From: Camelus dromedarius
Taxonomy: Eukaryota
DNA length: 64,000 nucleotides
Direction of reading: 5' to 3'
NCBI RefSeq assembly: GCF_036321535.1
Contig: NC_087459.1
Span: 29,884,001 to 29,948,000, forward strand
A program made the translations under genes and the position numbers. Position 1 is the stretch's first letter. Every line of letters starts with the position of its first letter. Below are positions 1 through 9,000 of the stretch, piece after piece. The notes under the pieces were generated by a model. That model did no database searches. It saw only the letters and a program-made list of their open reading frames with translations, and was not told the origin of the DNA.

Positions 1-968
1 GACGGGAGGGCTTCTATCAGCCCTGCTGATGAGCGACTACGGGCTCCTCTTTCACCTCCGAACACCGCAGGCCCCGCATCCCCATCCCCGAAGACACAAG
101 ACTCAGGGTCACGGCCTCGCACTGCCTAAGAAACTTCGGGTCGTGCACAAACTTTTTAAAGGCCAAGAAGGGGCCTTTTTCACTGAAGGCGTCAACTCTC
201 CCACTTCCAGGGGCCTCGACAGACTGGGCCTGGAGGGTCTTGGGGGAGGAGGGGCTGAGGGGAAACATCCCGTCCCTCCTGCGTGCTGAAGAGCAGCTCC
301 AAGACCGCCAAGGCCGAAGGTCCAGGCCTGGCTTCGGTCCTGCCCCGCGTCCCGGCCCTGGTGGGAAGCCCGGAGCCGACGCCGCGCCCGCTCCCGACAA
401 ACGGCCCCGCCGCGCCGCCCCGCCCCGCCGCGCCGAGCCCAGCCTGAGGCGGCGCCGCCGGACCGGAGGGGGCGCTGTCGCCGCCGCTACCTTCTCTCTC
501 CGCGCCCTGCCAGGAGAGCCAGGTGCCTGCGTGGAGGCCAAGAGGTGCCAGGCCAGCCGGGAGCGCCTCCGGGGGGATGGCTCCCCGACCCAACGGTCTA
601 TCTTCCCGGCCTCAAACGGCCCTCGGCTTCCCTCCTTTTGTCACCGTCGCCGGACACCCAGCGCCCGCCTCCCGGGCCGAGCTACGGCGGGCGCCAAGGG
701 CCAATTCCCGCGCCGCTGGCCCTCCGCCTCCCGGCGCTCCCCCGCCCGGCCAGTCAGCGGCGGCGGTCTGAGGGCCGCCGTCGGCCCCCGCCGCCCGGAC
801 TGGGCCCCGGTTGAGGAGGGGACCCCGGGGCGCCCGGAGCCTCCCTCCGTTGCTCCGCGGAGCCGCCGCGCCGCAGAGGCCTCCCCGTGCCCGGGCCCCA
901 TCCGTCAGAGCCGCCGCGCGCGCTTCCCGGGGCCGTTCCGCCGTCCTCCCGCGCCTATCCGTGCTTAC

Positions 969-1029
969 CCCGACTGTCCGGTCGGCGGCCGGACTCTTGC
1001 AGCCCCGGCCGGCGACCCCCAGCTCAGCT

Positions 1030-1064
<35 letters not shown>

Positions 1065-1075
1065 GCGCAGTCCCG
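969..1075 (-). other. TRRAP: Non-coding first exon (5'UTR) of a minus-strand gene, most likely TRRAP; intron 1 runs off the left edge
   Basis: Minus-strand donor CGGG|GTAAGC (plus strand gcttac 963-968) inside the CpG island, with GGC repeat and GC box upstream. The gene name rests only on the known head-to-head TRRAP-TMEM130 synteny in mammals; no TRRAP coding sequence is in the window. TSS is approximate. Confidence 0.55.
1032..1064. repeat. (CGC)11 / (GGC)n trinucleotide repeat, uninterrupted
   Basis: Read directly: 10 full GCC units at 1033-1062 plus flanking partial units. Confidence 0.95.
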
Positions 1076-2489
1076 CCCCCGCTTAAAGAGGCCGCGCCGG
1101 CCGCGGGAGGACTAGGCCCCGGCGCGCCGCCCCTAAATGGGTGCGGCCTGGGCGGGCGGCGGGAGCGGCGAAGGGCGTCACGCCCGGGTGGGCCTGCCCG
1201 GCCCTTTAAACCTCCGTCCGCGTGGGCGGGGCCGCGGGCGGGGAGGAGGGGGAAGGCAGGTACGCAGGCTTTGGTTGGACTCTCTGTTTCTACACGAAGT
1301 CCCCTCGCAGGAGCCTGGAGGGTGGGGAGGGACGCTTGAGGGCTGCTGCGGGGCATTGGGCACCCGAGACGCTTCTTCAGCAGGTGGCCGTCGGGCCCGG
1401 TAAGAGCCCACCCCTGAACTGAACGTGGCAGGCAGGTCGGGGTTTTCTCCCCGACTCCGGTCCTGGGGTCTTTCTTAGCCCAGGGAGGGAGAGGAGGTAA
1501 GGAGGGTCTTTGGAAAGGCGAAGGCTGCAGACAGACGGAGAGCCTGTAAGCAAAGGAAAGCCCTAGTGTTCTGGCCCGGAGGTGGCCGTCCTGCTCAGGT
1601 GCTAGACAGCACAGGACCGCTTTTCCGCCCTGGGCCAGAGTAACCAGGAAACGGAGGGGAGAGTTGGGCCCTGATGCCCAGGTGAGGTGGCGTGGGCTGA
1701 ACCAAGAGGCCCTGGAAGAGAAAAGAACTGTCGGCCTCACCTACAGCTCCATCTATGAAGAGTGGTTGATGGACAGAACGTGAAAGTGATGACCTGACTT
1801 ACCTCTACCACCTCCAAGACCTGGCTCCACCTCCTGCCCCTTCCCGACAGTACTTACCTCCTTCCTCCACGCCCCTCCCACCTGCCTCCATCATCACTAG
1901 CTCACCAAAATCTTTGTGTTCCCTTCTCAGACAGTACATTTCACACCTGGTAATAAGCAGCTTGCAGTTTCTGCATATCATGGAGGAAAGGTGCCCTGTT
2001 CAGAGACATGCTCCTTTCTTGTTTAATGTCACTCAAGAACAAGCCTCTGCTGAAGTGCTGGGACTGTAAGTGGATGTATTTAGTACCAATTATTTCTGCC
2101 CCAGGAGAAATCAAGTGGGTCTGAACACTGCTTCCCCCATGGGAGAAGCTGCCTACTTGTGAGCAAAATCCTCTTTGATCCTACCACCGCCACCCCCAAA
2201 AAGTAGGTCTAAAGTTTGGGAATGTTGAAAAATCTGAGGGCCGGAACCAGTGTGCTAACCGAGGTTGTTTAATATTGTTTGGAGGGTGAAGAAAAAAAGC
2301 AGCAGTAGACAAATCCTTTAATAAGTTTCAGTTTAGTTGCATGTGATAAAGACCTACAGTTAGGCCTAGGGGTAACATTGGTGAAATTCCTACTTTCCCA
2401 CAGCCTTAGCTTCTCCTAGGAAAGTACCCATCACACCGCTATGATTTTTGCCTGTTTTCTTGTCTATCTCCTGAATTAGAGGTTGGGGA

Positions 2490-2935
2490 CAGTGCCAACT
2501 TCATCCCTATCAGATAAATTAGATCATGCCCCTCCTCTGCTTAAAACCCTCCAAAGACTTTTCAGCTTATCCTCAATCCTTGACCCTGTGCACCTCCCAA
2601 CCTCATTCTTGGTGTTCCAGCCACAATGGCCTCGCCGTGCTTCCTGCCCACCTAGGACCTTTGAAGCTAATTCTCCTATCTGGAATGTTCTTCCCTCAAA
2701 GGCACAAAGCTGGCTCCTTGTCGTCCTTGATGAGCTCAGATGTCATCTCCTCAGAGAGCCCTTTCTTAAGGTCCAGTGTAAGAACACCACTGCCTCCTCC
2801 CTCCACTGTCTCTCATAATAGTGGAATTTTCTTTAGAATCTGAAATTACTTATTTACTCATTTACCATGTTTTCCCTCCTAGACAGTAAGCTCCTTTTCT
2901 GTCTTTCTTCACCAATGTATTCCCATTGCCCACTG
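2490..2935 (+). mobile_element. L2 LINE 3' fragment (ancient)
   Basis: L2-like text: gatcatgcccctcctctgcttaaaaccctcc ... tctggaatgttcttcc ... gtcatctcctcagagagccc ... cctagacagtaagctcc. Recognised from memory of the family. Confidence 0.6.
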
Positions 2936-2937
2936 GG

Positions 2938-3322
2938 TGCTGTCTTAGTCTGCTCAAGGTGCTATTACAAAGTATTAATAACTNNNNNNNNNNNNNNNNN
3001 NNNNNNNNNNNNNNNNNNNNNNNNNNNNNNNNNNNNNNNNNNNNNNNNNNNNNNNNNNNNNNNNNNNNNNNNNNNNNNNNNNNNNNNNNNNNNNNNNNNN
3101 NNNNNNNNNNNNNNTGTGCACACATGACCTCTTCATGTTCTCTCTGGTGTCTGTTCCTCTTCTTATAAGGACACCAATCATATTGGATTAGGGCCCCACC
3201 CTTAGGACCTCATTTAGCCTTAATTACCTCTTTAAAGGTGCTGTGTCCCTCCAAATACAGTCACTTTGTGGGTTATGCCTTAACATTGGAATTTCTCAGG
3301 GGACATGGTTCAGTTCATAAAC
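2938..3322 (-). mobile_element. MLT1 (ERVL-MaLR) solo LTR, interrupted by an N gap
   Basis: tgtcttagtctgctcaagg start; cttcttataaggacacc...tcatattggattagggccccaccctta...gacctcattta core typical of reverse-oriented MLT1A-D. Confidence 0.8.
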
Positions 3323-4879
3323 ATGCATATAAATGTGTACCCTGTTTGGAATAATACTGTATGAATGGATAGGGCAGGATCAGCTGGAAAGCTAAAAAGA
3401 ATTCAGGGAGCCCCAAAATGTTCACTCTGGTGGGCACGAGCAATCTGCACAGGTGGTCTCTGCCTGGACTGGGTCGGGCACAAGGCGTCAGCCTCACCTT
3501 CCAGAGCCACCAAGAAGCCATCCTCCCTCCACTGTCCCCTGGTGTGCTGGAGTCCCTGCTTCCCTTTGCTTCACCTGTTGGGCTTCTTGGAAGCTGGGCA
3601 TAAGGGTTCCACCCTATGATAAGAACCTTCCCCCATGATGAATTAATAAATCCTCCAGAGGTCTCTTGTGGGTTTCAGCAGGGTGACTGCATGTCCTGAG
3701 GTTGAAAACTTCCAGCTGCCCTAGCAGAGCCACGATAATTCCACAAAGAGATCACCCTGAACTCTGTTTTGCCCCCTCCAAACTACCATAGGATTTAACC
3801 CCAAAAGCCTCTCCAGAGCTGAGAGATTTTTATCAGCTCAGTAGCCCCCATTCCCCAGTTACATTTCTCGTGCAGGGCAATGAGGATTTATGGTAGGAGT
3901 ATTAACCCTAGGGCTGTTGCCCTTCTCTTACCAAAGGGAGATTTCATTATACCAGCTTGCTAGGACCAAGAGACTGACTAACCTGCTTTAGAAAGATTTT
4001 CAGCGACAAGAATTTACATCAAGACAGGTGCTGTGAGAGCCCAGAGGAGGGAGGGTTCCTGGGGGTGAGGGGTGATAACCTGTGGAGAATTAGGCAAAGA
4101 GGGGTCACAGTCACATCAACATCAGCTTCAGGGTGGCCTTGCAGGTGGCGTCTGTGACATCAATGAGACGGACTATCTGTGGCCCTTGTAGCTATTCAAT
4201 GTAATAATGTTACACTTGTAACTTTCCTAAGGGGACTCACTCAAATCTGTTCCTGCCTCCATTACAGTGAGATGCCAGTGGGGCTCATCCTCAGGGGACC
4301 CCACAGCTGTCCTGAAGGTGCCTTCACTCCCATGCAGCTTGTCCTGCAATCGTGGTCCCATCAGTGCCCGCCAGGTGGGAGGAGCCATCCAAACCCCTCC
4401 CTCTGGGGGGAGATCCCTTGCCAAGTATACAGTAGAGGTAGAGCTGGGACCAGGATCCAGGCTGCCGGTGTTCAGTCTTTAAGATCAGCCAGGCTATCTT
4501 CTAGGAGAAAAGACACTCTATTCTGTTATGGCAGATAGTCTGCTTAGGCCAAGGAGTGTCCAAGGAGTGGTCTCCGTCGCAGTTGCCTGAGTGTCGCAAG
4601 GCCATCAGTGACAGCGATGTCGCTGTGGGCCCAGGTATGAGCACAAGTCCCATTTTACAGCACATGCAGAGAGAGTAAACTGAAGAAAGGCATCGGTCCC
4701 AGCTCCTGCACCTGGGCACCTGCACTCAAGCCCCTCTCTCCGGGACACGAGGTGTTCTCAGGCCCACTGCCCAGTGCCTGGCACACAGCAGGTGTTCGGT
4801 GCTTCTTGAATGAAGAGCCGCATCTCCAAGTCGTGTGCGTCACGAAGGGGCAAGGCACCTGGAGAAAGAGCCCAAAGGG

Positions 4880-6080
4880 GCCTGTTGGAGGTTCCGCATT
4901 GGTGCGCGCGCCTCTGGGGACGCTAAGTCAGAGCCGCCGGCGCGGGCACCGACGTAGGGAGGGGAGGGGGCACAGACTGAAGGAGCGGGGACCCGGGAGG
5001 GGAGTGGGGATCGAGGGGAGAGGAGGGGTGCGGCGAGGGGAGGGAGGGAGGGGGCGCAGGCTGCAGGAGCGGGGACTGGGGAGGAGGCGGAGGATGGTGG
5101 GGAGAGGCGGGGTGCGGCGAAAGGAGGGAGGGCGCGGGGAGGGGGCGCGACGCTGCTGACGTGGGCAGGGGTCGGCGCGGCGGGCTGTGGGCGGTGGCGG
5201 CGGCGCGCAGCGACACGGCGTCCCGCGGCGAGGACGAGCGAGCGCCGCGCCCGCTGCTCCCCGCACAGCCCGCGCCGCGCGCCCCAGGAGCGGCTGCCGC
5301 CGCTGCCGAATCGAGCCGCGTCGTCTCTGCGCTCCGGCTGCTCCTGGCGCCGCCATGGCCCCGGCCCTCTGGCCGCGCCTCAGCCGCATGCTCTGGCTGG
5401 CCTGCCTCCTGCCCTTGGCCCCGGCTAGGGTGGCCGCAGGTAAGGCGCCGCGCGGGCTGGCCGCCCGCCCGCCCTCCTGGAGCCGCAGCGCGCCCGGGGC
5501 CTCGGGGCCGTCTCGGGCGGGCGGCCTCGCCGGGAGCCGGGGATGCGGAGGTGGCGCCCTGCGCCCTGCGCGCACCTCCCTCCTCCCCGGAGGGCCCTGC
5601 GGCGCGCTGCGGAGGGGCGCACAGCCAGCCCCGCGCCGGACAGCCCTCTCTGTCCCTCCACCCTGGAGTCACCCGGCACTTGAGGGGTCTCCCGCGCCCC
5701 TCGTTCCTGCCGCCACCTCTAGATCGGCCCAGCCCCGGGAACGGCACGGTGGCCGGCGCATCCATGCCGTTGCCTGGGAACCTTGCGGCCGCTGGGGCTG
5801 GGGGAGGACGCTGCGGGGAGACCCGAACCGCCCGGGGTCGCTCATCACGCCACAGCCCCCGGAGAACGCGGCCAGGCTGCCAGAAGAGCAGCGTTTTTGC
5901 CTTAAAATGTCGCCTTATCTGGAGAGGCTTTCCACCCTGCTTGTGTTGGCTTCGGGAAGAGTGCGATTTTAGAGCCCAGGAAGCCAGTCTGCCATTTCCT
6001 CTCTGAGAATGAATTCCAAAATGGACCCGAGCTGGTTCTGCCGGGTCCCACCCCGCGTCCCCCGGGTCCACTTTCTACCA
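4880..6080. promoter_or_regulatory. CpG island / TMEM130 promoter and exon 1
   Basis: CpG-dense and G-rich, overlaps the Kozak ATG at 5355; TGACGTGG at 5157-5164. Boundaries by eye. Confidence 0.85.
5355..5439 (+). CDS. TMEM130: TMEM130 coding exon 1 (signal peptide)
   Basis: Perfect Kozak gccgccATGG; encodes [28 protein letters not shown]; donor CAG|GTAAGG at 5440. Confidence 0.95.
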
Positions 6081-9000
6081 CCCTACCTCCTCATCGCCGA
6101 AGGCGCCAGCACCAACTTTTCTGCCCCATTCTGGCGACAAAAGAAAAAAAAAAAAAAAAAAAAGGACCCAGACTGAAGAGTTGTCGGGGGACAGTTGGGA
6201 TGTGGGTAGCTATTGGGTGGGTGTTAAACATTATCCAACATTTTTCATTACCGCTCCCTGCCCCCTACTTTAAAAGAATGTTAGAGAGAGGAAGAGATTT
6301 AATGCAAACTTGTGAAATCAAAGCCACGAGGTAAACTAAAACCCTTCAATTGTAGGGATAAATTAAGAGGATTTTGTGGGAATTGTCCTTGGTCAGGATC
6401 ATCTGCTCTCCCCTAGAAATTCATATAGAAATGTGGTCTCTTGTCTATTTGGTTTACGTGTGTCCAGAAATTATCTATGTGGTCTAAACTACCCCCTGCC
6501 CCCCGCCCAAAGCCAGGGCAGGGAGAATTATTTCTTTGGAAGTCTTGTGTGGTTCCCAGCCTGGCCTATTGCACCCATGATGCAATCAGAATAGCTGGGA
6601 ATGGGGTTGGGGAGAACCGACAGGGGAAAAAAGAGATTCAGAAGGACTTCCTCCCTTCCTGGGGTCTGGGTCTGCCAGCTTGGCGTGCTTACTGTACCCG
6701 ACGTTGGAGTCAGAGTCTGTGTCCTGGACCATTAATGAGTTCCAGGCTATGTTGTCAGACTTCAGAGGTACCTTGGGGAAGTGTTTGGGGCTGTCTATAT
6801 GTGCAGTATGAAAAGGCTGTTGTAGCCCTTTTCTAGAATGTTCGGGGCCCTGCAGGCTGTGCAGTCAGGGAAGATGTGCATGCTCCAGGTGGCGGCCCTG
6901 GGGGCCTGCTGGTTTCCCTCCGTGGGGCCTGCTTTGTGGCTATTGCTGCTTTGCTTTTTTGCTTTGGCCCTTTCAGGTCTGGGGCACTGGGCACCTGTGG
7001 AGCCCCTAAGCCCCTGCCTGGGCAGCTCTGTACTCTACGGCCTTGTCACTTGGGCTTATGAACTTGGAGAGATGGGTTTGGATGGGTAGAGAACCAGACC
7101 TGGGATTGGTTCCTTCAGCCACACATGGTAAAGCCTTCATGGTCTGTTTCAGCCTGGATGTCCTGGACACCTCTGGCCCTGCGGAAGAGAGGCAGCATCA
7201 CCCAGGGGCTGTGAAACACGTTTTTCTGTTTTGTTTTGTTTAAAAACAAGCCTGAGAAAAGTGCCCTTGGAGCCTCCAGTGTCTGGACAGGTGGTGGGGG
7301 CTCCCAGGAGCTGGGCCAGTGTCTGTAGCCACAGCCCCGCCCCTCCCCCACCCCATCCCTCCTCCCAGCTGAGCTGGCTGCCCTCCTGATTCTATTCCCC
7401 TGGCAACGAATCTGCGTCGTGCTGACATGCACCCATCTAGCTGCAGATGCTAGATGGCCATTAGCATGCAGCCAAATGTCCCTGCCACCTGCCAGCCTTG
7501 CTCTAGCCCACGCTTCTTTCCTAGAGGGTGGGCAGGAGCAAGAGGGAGAAAGGAGGAGGTGGCCTCTCGTATAAGCACCTGTTTCTGCGGCAGCCTGGTC
7601 AAATGCTGCCTTGCAGCCAAAGGGACTCAGCCTGGGGCAGTGCAGATTTGCTCTGTGGCCCCAGGCAGGAGCACTATCCCCTAGGGGACTCTGGGGACTT
7701 GGGTCCCTCCGTATAAAATACACACTGTGTTTTCCTGGAGAATCTTTTGTGTCTGGGATTCTCTCTTTGGGACTGAGACACTGTGAGGCTAGCCCAAATG
7801 ACTTTATAATCCAAAATATGGCCCCAAGGAAAAGCATTAAGAACCAGGAATGTGTGAGGTGGGCAAGGGGAAAGGCTGGAGCCAGAGTCCCCAGTGGGGG
7901 CAGGCAGCGTGGTTGCAAGGCGAACGGGGCACAGTTGAGGGCAAACTTACTTACCTCCCAGTTTTGCTGAGCCCAGCAGATCTCTTGTGAGCCTGTAAGG
8001 GCACAGGGCATGTCCTATACTTCTGGGTCCCCCACCAGCTGTGGGGTAGGGCCCAAGGAAAGGGTTCAGACAGTAGCACCTGAGTGAAGAGTTTCCTGGG
8101 GCAGTGCCAGGTGGGCTGGTCCTTTTGCCACACCCTTCTCTCCAGATGCCACTCCGCAGCACAGTGAAGAACCCCTCCTGTGTGCCAAGCCCTTGGCTAG
8201 GCATGAGGGAGATGGAGTTGACTCCTGCCCTGCCCTGAAGGAGCCTGCAGTGCACTGGGGGAGATGAGGGAACCATTCCAACGGGGGTTGTGACAGCTGT
8301 GTGCTCGGGCTGTTGGGAGAGCACCGAGGAGGGGAAGGGTTCAGGGAAGGCTTCCTGGAAGAGGTTATATCCACAGACAGACCGGTGAAGAAGGAAAGGC
8401 AGGGGGGACAGCATGTGCAAAGGTCCTGAGGCTAGGAAGGACACAGCACGTGGCAGGGGGGGAACTGCAAAAGTTAAAGGGTAAAAGCTACAGCGTGGGC
8501 ATGCCAGGATGGGAATCAACACCATCCACCCTGAGGCTGGCCCATGATCAGATGAACTGTGCTGGAAGCTTGTTGTTGGGGTGGCTGAGAGTAGGGCAGG
8601 ATGAGAGGCCAAGGGTCAAGGACAGGATGGAGCAGTAATCCATCCAGAGGGGGCTGAATGCTGACCGTTGGCAATGTTAGTAATGATGGAGAGAACGAGT
8701 TAGAGTGGAAGAGACCTGGGAATTGATTCAGGACAGCTGGCTCCTTTAACCCCCATGGAGAGTTCTAGGCCAGTGGTAAGTTTGGGAAGGGAGAAATCTA
8801 GAGCCCCATTGGCCAACAGAACTTTGGGTGGTGGAGGAAATGTTCTGTACCTGTGCCGTCCAGGAGAGTGGCAACCAGCCACAGATGGCTGTGAAGCACT
8901 TGAAATGTGGCTGGTGCAGTGGAGGAACTGAATTTTTCGTATGAATGACGTTTAAGTAATTCACTTTGATTAAGTTAAGCTTAACAGCACGAGGTTAGTG

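Larger units (their letters stand above)
280..1420. promoter_or_regulatory. CpG island / promoter of the minus-strand neighbouring gene (probably TRRAP); possibly bidirectional
   Basis: Very GC-rich, CpG-dense stretch with GC boxes (cccgcccc 1072-1079; gggcgggg near 1223-1230). Boundaries estimated by eye. Confidence 0.85.

Noticed and set aside
1-968. Intronic snoRNA/scaRNA or miRNA in TRRAP intron 1 (ctgatga at ~26-32)
   Set aside because: An isolated C-box-like hexamer with no matching D box or terminal stem. The small RNAs I recall in human TRRAP would lie further into the gene, outside this window.
17-1740. Many long overlapping ORFs (e.g. 240-1115, 291 aa; 1024-1740, 238 aa)
   Set aside because: They are Arg/Pro/Gly/Ala-rich products of stop-poor CpG-island DNA, open in several frames at once, with no recognisable domain.
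3340-3780. Possible additional ERV LTR next to the first MLT1
   Set aside because: LTR-like feel, but I could not assign a family or boundaries with confidence.
4923-6071. 382-aa minus ORF and 215-281-aa plus ORFs over the TMEM130 promoter, including an in-frame GTG at 5187 and read-through to 5972
   Set aside because: CpG-island artefacts. The ATG at 5355 has a perfect Kozak context, begins a signal peptide, and is followed by a canonical donor at 5440.
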